The notes: generated from the letters alone by a model not told the origin. Shown: positions 36,936-50,310, counted from the first letter of the stretch. The stretch: DNA of 56,333 nt from Vicugna vicugna (GCA_013265495.1 MU058213.1:7518066-7574398), one strand, 5' to 3'. A program made the numbers and translations.

Positions 36936-37589
36936 GCAGAATCAGAGCACCTGGGGCTGACGGTGGCCTTAGAAGTCACAAGTCCAACTTTGATTTTCTT
37001 GAGGAGGAAATGGGCCTTCTGTTTCATGTTTACTCCCACAACTAAAACTGTTAGAATATGATCATTTAAAAAAATAAAAAGCTGGGTGATCTCCTAGTTC
37101 GATGTCCTCATTTTGCAAACGAAGCCGTAGCGTAGGGAGTCAGATGACGTGCCAGCGTCTCCACCTCACCCGGGCAGAGATGGAAGTAAACCTGGGTCTC
37201 CTGACGCCAGCGGCACTCCCACAGAATCATGGGGCAGCCTGTGCCCCACCACTGGCCCCGGGCTTCTCAGCTCAGGGACAGACAGGCCAACTGTCCGTGA
37301 CTCAAGTTTATTAGAAACACTCCATGCTGGGGCTCAAATTCGCAGCAAGCAAGTCCATCCAGATCCAGTTCTTTCATATGACAGGTGGGTAGAATTACAG
37401 AATCACGTTGCAGCTGGGGATCCATGAGATCTGCACTGGAAGACGGCAGAAGTCCCCATCACCGGGCTGACCACTGGGGGAGGGAGTGAGTCAGCATGTG
37501 CTGCAAACCACTCAGGGATATATATATACTCCAGCCAGCGCTCAGCAAGCAACACTCACCCTCCCTGGTGCCATCGAGCCTCAGAGGTC

Positions 37590-37840
37590 CTTTATGTGCC
37601 TTGGAAAACACGGATGCCCGGACCCCAGCCCAGCCCAGCCCAAGGACAGCAGCATCTCTTGGGATGGGACCAGGGCATCATTATTTTTTAAAGGCCTCCC
37701 GGTGATTCGACCATGTGCTGAGCTAATCCGTCAAGCCAGTGACATACCCTCCGCCCATAAAATACCAGGGTAGTGGTTCTCAGAGCGTGGTCCCCAAACC
37801 AGCCGTACCACTTGCGGACTTGCTGGAAATCCAGATTCTA
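37590..37840. mobile_element. MER5-type hAT-Charlie fragments (two)
   Basis: aaacacggatgcccggacccc...ttttaaaggcctcccggtgattc; tagtggttctcagagcgtggtcccc...cttgctggaaatccagattct. Confidence 0.65.
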
Positions 37841-38974
37841 CGTTAGGTGCCTCCTATCATTTTCTCTCATTGCACTCTATCGTTAGTTTTCATAACATTC
37901 AGCAAGACGTGAAATTACACCTTTATTCATTCAGCGTCCTTGGCCTATCCCCCTCCACTCCCGATGGTGGAGGGTCTCACCACGCCTGCTGTGTCGACTC
38001 AGGGTGCCTGGCACACGGGGCGGGGAAGGGGAACTCAACACATTCAGATTCAGTGAGTGAATGTTAGGTATGTACAGGCAAGACAGATGCATTATTGAGT
38101 TTTTCATTTTTTGGAGTCCATTGCCGGGGACTTAGAGGGCAGATTACCAGCATACACGATGCATAAGCAGGTAAGTTCAACGCAAGGGAGCAGGCAGCTA
38201 GGAGTTTTTAGACAACTACCAGGAAAAGGATAAGACCAAAAAAAGGAAAAAAAAATCAGTGTAATAACTTTGGCCAAAAGACTGGCTTTGCCTAAGACAC
38301 TGCTGCTGTTTTAGGTCAGGTCCCTAACTAGTTATTAAATAGCTTTGGGGCAGCCAACATATTAATAGGCCCTTTGTGAAAATTTATGATGTTTAAGACA
38401 TGGGTCATGGCCTTTAAATTGTTGTGAAAACAGAGCTTACTGATGTGGCATTTGAGGGAGGATACTGTAAGTTACTAAGTAGAGGAGGGTGATCTCCAGT
38501 CTGCAGATCTGTCAAGTGCTCACGTACATACATATGCATGCTGGTCAGGTCAGCCGTCCCGACTCAGGTTCAGAGGAGACCCAGAGAGAGGGCACAGGAC
38601 GTGCTGGTCTACCGGCGGGTGGGCGGCTTTGTGGAGGAGAAGGAGGTCTAGGATTTGGAAACATTCTTGACTCAGCTAGGCTTTTGAAAGTTTACCTAGT
38701 CAACATTTCTGCCTAGCAGTGCATGGAGAGCAGGCCTGATCCAGGAAGTCGAGATAAAACTGTTCTTGGATGGGACGTGGGGGTTCAAATGAGGAGAAAC
38801 AATTGTCTCTGTGAACTTAAAATACAGTTTTACTGATAGAGGCCAACTGGCTCTTTTCATAGATATCTTCCCTTGCAAAAGGGATCCTAAAAGCCGGCCA
38901 CTGGGGTGTTACATTCAATAATAAAATCCATGTTTCAAAACTCAGTGTGCTAGGGGCCCTATGCTGCAGCGATT

Positions 38975-39205
38975 AAAGCAGGCTGGCCGGATTCAAACCT
39001 CAGCTATGCCACTTCACAGGCGTAGGACCTTGGGAAAATTACATAACCTCCCTTTGCCTCAGTTCCCCCATCTGTAAAATGGAGCTAATAACAGTACCCT
39101 GCTTGTACAACTGTTACTGGGAAGAGGCAGTGGGCTAATTTATATACAATTTCAGAACAGCGCCTGACACATCAGAAAAGCTACAGAAGTGTTAGCAATC
39201 ATTAT
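38975..39205 (+). mobile_element. MIR, near full length
   Basis: ggattcaaacctcagctatgccactt...gcctcagttccccatctgtaaaatgg...agaacagcgcctgacaca. Confidence 0.9.
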
Positions 39206-39359
39206 GGAGAAACCAAACCCCATCTCATGCCATGCAATCTGTTGTTTAGATCTATTTGCTTATCCCTCCCCCCAAAAAAACCACCCAAAATGAACTGTAA
39301 CTCAGCTAAGGGACAGTAGAGCAGCTGCTTAAGGACAAATTCACCTGATACTTATGGGA

Positions 39360-39545
39360 AACATCGCAGAGGTGTCTTCAGTGATGGAATACAAACCATC
39401 ACAAATGAAGAGGATGCAGACGAGTTAGAGGAGGACAGGGCAGCCTAGGACTTCTGGAGTTGCGCAGGGCTGATGCCTGAGGATCAGCTCCAGTGACTAG
39501 AGGATGGTTGGAAGGAGCCAAGGGTTACAGAGGGAATCCTCACAG
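39360..39545 (+). mobile_element. Possible CR1/L3 ORF2 3' remnant
   Basis: gaagaggatgcagacgagttagaggagg...tgaggatcagctccagtgactagag loosely follows the CR1 KDIDKLERVQRRA...EERLKELGL region. Confidence 0.35.
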
Positions 39546-40650
39546 GAACCCATAGACCTCCCTCCTGCGCCATGGTAACAGAGGTGCCTGGGTGGCTTTC
39601 TAAGTTTCTGTGCCACTGTCACCAAGTAGACCTGGAAGAAAGCATAGTGGGGATGGCTCAACACAAATCCATCACTGCTTCAAACACACGCTCAGGTACT
39701 TCTAAATCTGCACCATCCTCACACGCGGGTGGTGTGAATGCAATTATCGTAGAGGAAAGCCAGGTTTGGTAAGAGCGGTAGAAATGCTGTAGCTTTTCTG
39801 TGAAAGTCATCGTGACATTAATAACTCTGTTCACTATTCATCAGAGACCAGAATTTGAACTCTGGCAAAGCTATCTCAGAGTCTGATTCAGGAGGTTTGT
39901 CCGAATCACTGGCGCTCCATGAGGGGTTTGATTCAAGGTGGCCTCGTTTGGAAGTCCCGAGGCCAGTGAACTCCTAGCATAATCCACAGTCAGCTCCGAG
40001 GAGGCCTGCTGCCCTGTCCCCATCCTCCCAGCGGGGGGCTGCTGCTCTGGCCCGGCACGCGGCATGGCACGGGGGAGAGCGGCAGGCTGCACACGGGGAG
40101 CCTGGCTCTCCCACACTATGCTCATCGGTAAACACATGGGAACTGGCTTAGGTCATTCCTGAGACCCTGCCACTTCAAAAACTTGAATCTAAGATGATCT
40201 TTCATTGCATAACTTAGACATAACTTACATGACTCTTGGGCAGAACAGCTGCCACCCAGGCTAACAGGAGGCATCTCCCTGCTGAAAAAAAATCTCCCCT
40301 CTCCCAATCACAGTTTCTGACTGTTTGTTACCTTTATAAATATACAACTTAGGACTTCAAAGGGTTTTTACATTCTTAAGTCTTCTCTTACAGGCAAGTA
40401 ACTCTGAAAGCAATTTAAGCCTTTCTACTCCTCACCTTAGAGGCGGGGCCGATTGGTCAGACGCCTTTCCCAACAGGACGAAGAGAAAAGGCCGATGGGC
40501 ATGGAAAGCTGGGTGGGCTGGAGGGACCCCCCACTCCACCTGAGGGCGGGGACTAGGTCCCATTCGTAACCCCAGGTCCTGTCTCTATACACGTAATGGC
40601 ACATGCTTGATATTTTTAAATGTTTCTGGGTTTTTTGATTTGTCTTTTTT

Positions 40651-40740
40651 AGAAGGAAGGAAGGATGGAAGAAAAGAGAAGAAAAGGAAGGAGAGAGGGA
40701 AGGAAGGAAGGAAGGAAGGAAGGAAGGAAGGATGGATGAG
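40651..40740. repeat. Polypurine tract containing (GGAA)8 at 40698-40729
   Basis: Direct reading. Confidence 0.95.
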
Positions 40741-42466
40741 CCACCAAACAAGACAGTACTTTCAAGAGTAGCTCCCACATCTGACCCGGTCAGTATGCAC
40801 CCAAGGGCACATTTTCAACTTGGGTCCCAGGTGCCAAAAACAGCCCCCACTCTCGGGGGGCCATTTCCAGCCCCGCTGCTGCCTTCCCTCAGCTCGGAGA
40901 GGGTGCTGGGCTGTCAGGGAGGACTATTCAGGGACTGGGGCGCGCCAGCTGCCACTGTGCTCAGCCCTGCACCAGTTCTAGGCGCTACACTTTTTTTAAG
41001 CACTTGATTTAAATGAAGAAAGAAATTGGCTTATATTTTTAGCAGCTCCTGCTACTAAAACTCATTTGACAAAAGTGCCAAAGGGACAGTTAAGTCTGAG
41101 TATGATTTTTTTTTTTCCCATGGAGGAGGAGGAGGAGGGTATAATTTATCTGAAAATGACTGGTACTTTCCTGGCCTGGGGACATGAATCTACCTGCTCT
41201 CTTTTTTTTAAAGACACATTCGTTTTTTTTTTTTCTCCCTCTCTTTCCATCAAATTTCAAACTGAAGATTATTTATTGTGTTGAGCTTCAGTTCTCAAGC
41301 CCTAACCAACCCCAGAAAGGAGAAGGTGTGCAACCTCAGTTCAGAAACTTCACAGCCTTCAAGTATACTTCAGAATTAGACGCATCTGAGTGGACCAGCG
41401 CCCTCCCCTCCCCCTACCTGGGATACAGACAGAATGTCAAGCATCTTGTAAAAGCGCACCAGTAAGCCTAACTGGAAAATAATATTAATATTGAACTTAC
41501 ATACTGGGAACCAGACTCAAAGTATACGATTTCAGAGTGTCCCAAATCCCCTCTTCCTAAATGTTTCTATTAGCAACTTGCCTTTCTATCTGAGATCTCC
41601 TTTATTAAGCTATGGAGAGTTACTGGGAAGAAGAAATCTTTTTTTCCTTTTTTCCTTTCCTTTTTTTTTTTTTTTAGAGTTAAGGCACTTGTCTGTCAGA
41701 AGCCACTTCTAAAATGCGTATTACTTAACAAAGTAACATTTTAACCCTTGACACAAATGACTTCAAAAGACGAGTTAGCTTACAGAAATGGAGCCTTGAG
41801 ATAATGGGGGTTTTGAAGGGTTTAGGGCTGGTAAGAAAACATCTCATGTATGAAAAATCCCAGATGAACTCATTTGTTCATTTGTTATTTGAAAGCGCTT
41901 CCCCAGAAATGCAAAATTGTGAAGGGTGGTTATGTTCCCTAAGGACAGTCTGAAAAAGTATGATTTAACCGTAACGTAATTAAAGCATAAACCTGAAGGT
42001 ATCCTCAAAGCACCCTTCATGGCAAGGTTTCCGCAGGGAAGTGTGTCCGGGTACCAGCTGTGTGGCCCTGGCTCTGTCTTCCTGTGGCAGTGAGGCTGGG
42101 GATGCAGTGTAGCCTCGTGGGAGAGAGGGGGCTGCAAGGAATCCAGGGGGACAAGGAGCTCTCTGTGTTGGTCTCTGAGAACAGGGCAGTTGCATCGGTG
42201 GCTATCTGCACCCTAGGACTCCACGGGTTCTCCACTGTTCCTTATTATTGCTGTTTCCAGTCAGCATCCTTAAAGGCTCCTTCATAGCAGCCAGGACCAT
42301 TACAGCAGTTGGAAACCTATACTACAGACACTGTTTTATAAGCAGCCAGACACAACCTCTCATTCAGGTTTGGAACCCCTGTCTCATACAGATGCTCAGT
42401 GACAGCCGGGTGAAGTGAAAGAGATGTGCGTACATCTCGGAGGCAAACTCGTACCAACGAGGCGGG

Positions 42467-43141
42467 GTGTGTCATTGTAGGCGGTCGTGAGGTGACACCC
42501 AGGCAACATCAGGAGAGGTGGGGGAAGGTAACAGGCGGAAGAGGCTTCCGGAAGAAGGTCTGAAGGAGGAGACGGGAAGGGAGCTGAGAACAGAGCAGAG
42601 AGCCAGGGAGGAGCAGGGAGCACCGCTGGGGAGAGATTCACTCCCTCCTCCTCTCAGCCTTGACTCCAGACCTCAGCCTGGAGCCGGAAGCGGAGGCGGC
42701 AGGCTGTTGAGGAAGGTGGTCCCGCCAATCTGGTGACCAGTTCCAGATAAAGGAAGGCTTGGGTCAGGGCCCAGAGAGGGCATCTGGAGGCTCCCAGAAG
42801 GAAGGAGAGTCTAAGAAGAGGACAACGGAAGGGGAGGCGGAGACACTCTTCAGTGACTGTCAAATCTGGACTCGGCCACAGTGGGAAGAGGGGGAGTCTC
42901 TGCGCTTCCCACATCTCTAGGCAGACAGTGATGGAGGCGCACCGGATGCGGAGCGGCCGCACCCTCCTGCACGGCAAAGGGGTGCACCCCGTACCCTAGT
43001 CCAGACCCACAGGAGGTGTGGGACCCTCGAAGGGAAAGCTCCTGGGAGGCCCTGGGCGGAAACCATTGGGCATTTTTTATAACCTTCGGAGTAAAGCAAT
43101 AAAAGCCAAGTCTCGGTTAATAGCTCCTCCAAGGACTACCA
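42467..43141 (+). mobile_element. Tentative ancient solo LTR (Gypsy-type LTR85/LTR88/MamGypLTR class)
   Basis: ~670 bp purine-skewed block with possible TG...CA ends and AATAAA at 43098-43103 near its 3' end. Family assignment is by impression only. Confidence 0.35.
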
Positions 43142-44564
43142 CTTGACTCTCTTTCCCTCTCTTCTTCCTCATTCCCATTGATTCTCATTCTCTCTCATGT
43201 TCCGACAACGTCTCACCCCTGCTCTAGTCTCTCTCAAACCTGTGCAAAGGTGCAGAATTCATTTGCATTCATTACGGTCTCCGGGCAACTCATTTACTTT
43301 CATCTTGCAATATCCAAAGAATGACTCATTTACTTAGATCATTTAAGGATTTCCAGGAGTCCTGCAAAAAAAGATATTAGGATTCCCCTTCCCCTCCAAG
43401 ACCTTCGGAAGAATAGAATGCCCCTCTCGGGGGAGGTGGGGTGTCCCAGACAGTGAGAGAGCCAGTCCCAGGCAGAGCACTTAGTAAGAATCTACCAGGG
43501 AGGGGGCGTCTTTCCTCTGGTTCAACCTGGTTCAGGCCTCACCTTTGCTTTCTTGGATGCTTGCCAGTCTGGAGGCAGGATATGCCCCAGGGAGTTTCAC
43601 AGCAGGAAGCGTGAGTCTCCCTTGGCATTTATTCACACCTTAGGGCTCATGGAATTCAGTGGGTCGCCGTTCCCTGGAGCACTGACCTGTTAAACTTCAT
43701 CCCTCACCGGAGTGGAAGATGTGGTTCTCAGTTACTGCATCAGTGATCAGGAGACAGTGGGGTGACAGAGGAGCATTTTCAGGACCCTTGAGGTAGCATC
43801 ATAGAGATGCTAACATCTACCTCCCGGTGGGCCCAATTCTGCCCTGAAATAGCGGTCCATTCATGCCTCTGGCTTGAGTCCTAGCCCCACAGGAGCCCTG
43901 CACTAACTGGGGAGGAACTCTGCACATCTGGAGGCCTCCAACTCTGACTCCTTCCAGAGTCATCCCTTCTCTGTTCGGTACAAGCGCGCCAGGACAGCAC
44001 ATGGAAAGAGCCGGTCAGTTCTTCCATGAGCCTTTGTCATTTTATGAAGTAATTAACTGAAAGGGTAGGGCCCAGACATTTGGGATTCCCGCAAGGAGGT
44101 GGGAGAAATCCCACAGAGCACCAGAAGACTCCTGAAGGAAAGGTCAGTGCTGGGGACTGGCAAACTCCTGTTCTGTTCATTCATCGATCCATTGGTTAAT
44201 TCATTCCTCAAACACATGCCTCATTTCCAACACTGGGAGACAATGCACACGCCGACTTAGTATTTAACATCCCCCGGCTGCAGGGCCGGCTTCGCGAGGC
44301 TGGGATAGGCCTTGCTAGCTTAGCACTGTGCCTGGCATTTCGTGGAAGCAAAGTAAACAGTTCATGAATGAAAGAATGAATCAACAGATGAACAGACAAA
44401 TTAAAGACAGCCCACTGTGCACACGCCTTGTGTGTCAGAACTCATGCAAAGGTGAGGGCTCACCACATTTGCCTTGCATTTGGCAGAAAATTGTCTCCTC
44501 TCATCAATCGCTTCCCAGATTCATAAAGTGGCATTTTGTCTTTATTCATTCCCAAGTAAAGAGG

Positions 44565-44866
44565 TTTTTATGATTATAAACGTGGCATGTATTTGCCCTA
44601 AAATAGAAGGAAGAGTTGTTTACTGAAATAGATCGTTTAAAGGACAAAACCAATCGTCCATAATCACACCTAGACTGTTAACATTGGGAAGAAGCTCCTC
44701 CTAGTCTGTTTTCTTTGTATACAAATCGAGGACATTGGAATCATGCCACGTACGCAGCTTCAGATCTTGATTTTTTCCACTTAACGTATATCAGGAGCCT
44801 TTTACCACAGCATTAAATATTCTTTGAAAATGTTACACTTAATGGCTGCATAATATTACATTATAG
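44565..44866 (-). mobile_element. Old L1 (L1ME4-like) 3' remnant
   Basis: ccataatcacacc...actgttaacatt; ttttttccacttaac; ttaatggctgcataatattacattata. Confidence 0.75.
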
Positions 44867-46403
44867 CTCTTCAATTCTTAACTAATGCAGATTTATTGTC
44901 CTTAATAGCTCTCTGAATCACTGCACAATCAAAGTCGTTCCCAGGCTTCTGTACCCATCTTAGTGGCTGAGGCAGACTGCAAACCTCTACAAGACGACAA
45001 ATAAACACCGGCAGGCAAGCAAAGCTGGCGCAAGTATGGCTGGATCTCATCTGCAGCTTCTCCCTCCTCAGAGCTACAAACTCATCCCAGCACGCTAATG
45101 CCTTTGGAATGTTTATTCTCTTCAAGCTGGAAGCTCCAGGGTACACAAGGAGACAGGCACAGAGCATGATGAGAAACACATGGCAAGAGTCTGGTTGGTT
45201 CACAGAACACTCGACAGTTACTTGGGCATGAGGACCACACCTCATTTTAGGAACAGAAGTATTTCGTTCTCCCCAGCAAAGAGATTTTGCTAAAGAATGC
45301 TATCTTAGGCCATCCAGAAGAGAGACAATAATTTAGAGTCGACACGTGATCGGTCTTGTGTCGTCAGTGTGAGACTGGGAATACCTGAGAGGCTGTGAGG
45401 ACAGAGGACTTAATGAAGGGCCTGGACCAGACTGGGGAACCTTGAGTAACTTGTGGCCTGGGCTCTCTTTTATTGAACAACTGGTTTCCCAGCGCTGCCA
45501 TCTTCTCTTTCATTCCTTGGGTCCTATCCTACCCCAGTCCGGTCCTCTTGGCCTTGCAGCTGGAGTGTTTGGTAAGCTGAAATTGAAGTTCTGCATGGAA
45601 AATTCACTCTGGAGTAGCCAAGACGAGTCTGGAAGGCACGTCTGGCAGGGCAGAACTGATTACCACACCACTCAGTGGCCATGCCTGGGTATGATCACAC
45701 CCCACCCCTCCCATCGCTGATATATCAGCTTCAGCGTTGATGCTACCTCCTAATCCCATGGGACACACAACCAGCCTTTTTCTGAAAGCTGGTCTCGGGT
45801 GCTAACTAGCTAGTTAAATGGACAGTCCTCCCCAGAGGGCAGGGTTGCGGTGAGTCCTCAATTTCCTACAGCTGAGTCTTCCAGAAGCACAGTTACCTCC
45901 TCTGATAATATTTACATACAAAACTCCAGGTCCATGCATTTGTCCCCACCCCACTCAGCTATTTGGGATTAAGTAGTGAGACCCCCCCCACCCCTTCAGA
46001 TGAATCTTTCTCCAGCACTTTTTCATCACATTATTTCATGACTCCTGAACTCAAAACCATTCTGAGCGTCTGCCAAAGGGCATCTGAGTTTCCGTGTCCA
46101 GCCACATTGGTATGTGGCAATCAACTGTGAGAATGTTACAAGAAACATTTGTGACCAATTAATGCTTTTTAAAAAATATATAAGCTAGTAGAGTCCAAGG
46201 TTTTCCCTATAAAACATCACTCTCAGATACGCCTCCTGGATTGGAAAAAAGGGTGACGTTGCAGCTGATGTGGTGGGATGTACACAAAGCTTCTGGGACA
46301 GTATTTGCAGAACTATCATTATTGATCCAGCACCAGCAGTCACACAAACGCTTGGTAACCCTTCCCAACACTATTCTCTTCTGCCAACAAAAATAGTTCT
46401 GTG

Positions 46404-46945
46404 TTGTGGCAGGTGTAGCTAGTAATGGCTTAATATCAATTACCTACCCTTCTTTGGGAGGAATGAAGACTTTAGCTGGGCACACGGCCACCCAGAATAA
46501 AGACTGTATTTTCCAGCCTCCCTTGCAGCTAGGTGTGACCATGTGACTAAGTTCTAGTCAATGGGATGTGACCAGGAGTGAAACACACGGCTTTAAGATA
46601 GGGCACTCCTAGAACTAGCAGGACAACTCCCCTTGGTTTCCAGGGACTTTCCTGGTTTCAGCATGGAAAGTCCTGGAAAACCCTCTAGTTCCAGGCAGAA
46701 GTGGAATGTTTAGTCATTATCTTCCCACTCCTGCTTTCTTCAGCTGATTTCCTGGAATATGGACAAGCTGGTGAGCCATCTTGGACCTGGGGAAGGAGGG
46801 AAGCCTGGGGATGGTGGAAGGAGCATGGGTCTGTGCCAACCTCGGGTATCACCGCCGCCACAGCAGCTCAGGCTTGTGTGTGGAGGACAAATCAGCTGCC
46901 ATTGTGTTAGAGGTCTCTACTACTTTCTGTGCAGCTGATCTAGCC
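46404..46945 (+). mobile_element. MaLR LTR (MLT1H/J-like), interrupted by a MITE
   Basis: ttttccagcctcccttgcagctaggtgtgaccatgtgactaagttctagtcaatgggatgt; gagccatcttggacc. Confidence 0.85.
46616..46721. mobile_element. MER94-like hAT-Blackjack MITE nested in the LTR
   Basis: caactccccttggtttccagggactttcctggtttcagcatggaaagtcctggaaaaccctctagttccaggca follows recalled MER94 consensus. Confidence 0.65.
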
Positions 46946-47124
46946 CACCAAGCTCCATCTCTTCTGCCATTTTTGGCTACCACGATGATTTTGTCCTTTT
47001 TTTGGATTCTGGTAACACCTGTCTTTACCACGCCTCGATAATGAGTCACAAACTTCCTCGTACAGTCATTTCTTTTATTTACATGTTTGAGTTTTGTTTC
47101 CTTGGGGAGGTTCTAAGATCTTGG

Positions 47125-47330
47125 GAGGCAGTGTGGTTGAGAGCACATGGCTGAGGGTTTAGAAGATCTGGGTTCAAGTTTGAGTTCCAGCACTTGCTGC
47201 ATGAGTGATCTTGAGTGAGTTTCCTTATTTATAATACCTCCTCTGCCTATTGTACTGTGTTGTTTTGAGACTAGATGCTATGAGAATAGTTCATCAGCCA
47301 TCAAGCACCATCACCAAGTGAACTGTTATT
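47125..47330 (+). mobile_element. MIR
   Basis: ggaggcagtgtggttgagagcac...gaagatctgggttcaagtttgagttccagcacttgc. Confidence 0.75.
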
Positions 47331-48829
47331 GAGAACTGGTCCTCTATCGAATAGTCACCAGATCTGCCTAACAGTCCTATCACAGTGCCAGGGACAGAGT
47401 GAATGACAATTCCATGAATCTGTGCAGAATCAATAAAGGAGGGGGAAAAAGATAATATAATAGTTTCTTAAATATTACAAAATAAGACTTCTCCTAGACA
47501 TCTACTCCTCCAAATGCAAAGAAGGCACAAAATATTGGGCTTGTATCAACCTGAGACATCAGACTCAAGTTTTCACTCCCAAGAGGTTTTGAAGAGCTGC
47601 TTTACTAATTAATTCATGGCAATAAAGCCTAAATCCACAACGCGACCCACATGAGGTTAGTTTCATGAACAGAGGCGCCACCTTCCTCGGCCTCCATTCT
47701 GTGTGCTTCTCACCCCACCACGACATGAGGCAAAGCCAGAAAGGCCCAGATACATTTTACGTCCGGAAAGAAATGGCTTCCACTCAGCAAGCTGTGAAAA
47801 GAGCTGCTATTTTCAGGTGCTCTGTAGCTTAGCAGATTACCAAGGTGATGACATTAAGTTTAAGACTCCCTATTAATGGAAAGATAAATGTGAGTAATTC
47901 AGGGAGGCCTCTCCAGCGAACAGCAACTGACAGATAGAAACCACCATGAAGCTTGAGGGGGAAGAGGAGGGACTCTGCTCCACCCAATGGCCCAGGTGGT
48001 GGGCCTGGTTCCATCATAGATGCAGAGCTTCTGCTCATTGCTTAAGAAAAAGCCATTTGTTGGCAACAAACAGTGACAAGAGCATCCCGGTTCAACCAGG
48101 CGACCAGCGGGCCCAATGCCTCAAGGTCTCCTTCTCGGTCCCCCTTTCCCCTTGTACCTCCTGAAGGCACATTTTCCCTCAGGTCCCTTACTTCTGCAGG
48201 ATCCCTGCCTCCACGGAGCCCTCTCTGTACTCCAAATAGGAGCCAGCAAACTCAGCACCGCTGAGCTACACATGACCGATAGTCCTTTTTCCTGGAAATA
48301 TTTAGAACTTCAAAGAGATGGGAGGTCTTAGAGAGTAGACTTGTCACTGTGGAGCTCAAGTATGTCTACATGGCCAGGGTGGGAGTGGCATTCTAAGGGA
48401 AGGTGGTTTTGGGAGGAGAGAAGACCCCAGCATCTTCTGAATAGCATCGTGCGTCTGCTGTCTGCGTTGCCTTTCCACAGAGTGGGACCAGAACACTGTG
48501 CACCAACTGCTCTGATCAAATCAAGGGGCCCTAGAGGAGACCAGGCTTGCCTTAAAAGCTCCTGGGCCAGGAGTTAATAAGAATTTTAATAAAAATGGGA
48601 AGTATAGCCCAGGGCTGTGGTACAGGATCTCTCCGGGTTGCTGGTGTTCTATCAGTCAATCATATAATCTGACGTTTGTAAAGTGGAGAGGGTAAGCAAA
48701 AACTGTGTGGGCCAAAGGTTTCAAAAACATGACCTGCAGAAAGACCATCAGCTCTCCAACTGGCCCTCCAGGGGCCCGAGACATACCTGAAAATGAATGT
48801 CTTTCCCACAAGATAAGATACCAATATAA

Positions 48830-48990
48830 ACAACCAGCGCCCAGCACACTTCACAAGACAAAGCATTTCCATACACATTTAATTGTCATGACAACCTACG
48901 ATTCCAGTGATCCCCGTTTTACAGATGAAGAGTCTGAGGGTCAGAGAGGTGGTGGGAGGGGAATCTGAACCCAGGTCTTCTGACTCCTAT
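48830..48990 (-). mobile_element. MIR
   Basis: tccccgttttacagatgaagagtctgagggtcagagagg...ctgaacccaggtcttctgactcc. Confidence 0.85.
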
Positions 48991-49649
48991 CTCCTCCACA
49001 ATTTCTCCGTAGCCTGTTTGTATTTTAAACGCTAATTGTCTGTTGAATCATTACCATCCTCTGTTTCCGTTTACTATCCACAGATGCAACCTAGAAGATG
49101 ACTGGCCTACATCACCTGATTCACCTCCAAAGACAGGAAAGATTGTTCATCCTCTTTTACCTCTAAAACTTAGCGCTGAGATTAAAATTTGCTAACAGTT
49201 TAAAAGCAAACAGCCTCCCTAGTGTTTATCTGTTTTTGTCTAAAGGACTATCAAATTCTGTGGTATTCAAAGCACAGCCCAATACCCAGGGTGTTGTCTA
49301 AGCACTTATTCACTCCATAACCCTGACCTCTTTTAATATGTCCATCAATAGATATATGACTGATGGTTAAACTTTGGTCATAACAGTTGATAGGAAAGAT
49401 TGGTTTTAAAAGTTTTTTTTTTTTTTAATAAATGGCATTCAGGTGGAAGTACAGTTGGCAGAATATGCTGGTACAAATGCCAGTCCCTGTGGAAGCCACA
49501 TTCCTATACAGAACTACTATGGGGTTTGAGACGTCACGTAAAACTCTGTGCTGGCCCATGATGCTCTATGTACTGACTGAGAGAGGAGACAAAACAGAGA
49601 AAACTTCATTCTTGATCTTGATTTTTTACGTGCTGATAATGACAGACTG

Positions 49650-50310
49650 AGAAGAGACTTGAAAGGTTATACTGGATGTCCTTGAACCTCTCTTACTGAT
49701 ATTTCTTCACCTGCACACAGGTGTATCCTGGTCCACCTGCCCTTGATGGTGGTCCCACAGGTGCCCTCCATCAGCAGGCCCCACACTCTCCCTGGGCTAT
49801 CAGTGAGTCCCCAGTGTCAGTCCCTAGACTGGAGCTTCCTCCAGTTTTAGTTTCTCCTTTCGCTCCCTGAACATTCCCACCCTGGGTCCAGTGGGGACTC
49901 CAGATATACCATTTGCAGAATCAAATTCATGGCGTTCTTACCTCGTCTAGTGCCTCCCAGGTTCTCCATCTGGGTTGGAAACACTCCAACAGGAAAGCTG
50001 AGAATCACTCCGCATGCCACACTTTCTATCATAATTCATGTTCATCAGTCACTAGGTCCCCAAGGGTTTATGTCCTAAAGATTCCCCAGTCAGTCCTCAG
50101 CTCGGGCTTCCCACCCTCCCTGTCCTAGGTCAGGCCCACCATGTCTCCCACCTAGTCTGTAACCCAAGCCCTTGTGTACACTGCAGCAAGGAAGGCTGCT
50201 AGAAGGTAAATCTGAGCAGGACCTTCTCTGCTGAAAAATCCTTCAACAACTCCCTGCGTTCATGACGAAGTACAAAATCCTTTCCCTGACTTTAAGGTCC
50301 TCCTCCCAGG
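49650..50310 (+). mobile_element. L2 ORF2 3' region remnant
   Basis: actggatgtcc...; aaatctgagcaggaccttctctgctgaaaaatccttcaacaactccc...gaagtacaaaatcctt. Confidence 0.65.

Noticed and set aside
44175..44395. Oppositely oriented L2-tail-like sequences (miR-28/151-type origin)
   Set aside because: No extended stem visible at the junction
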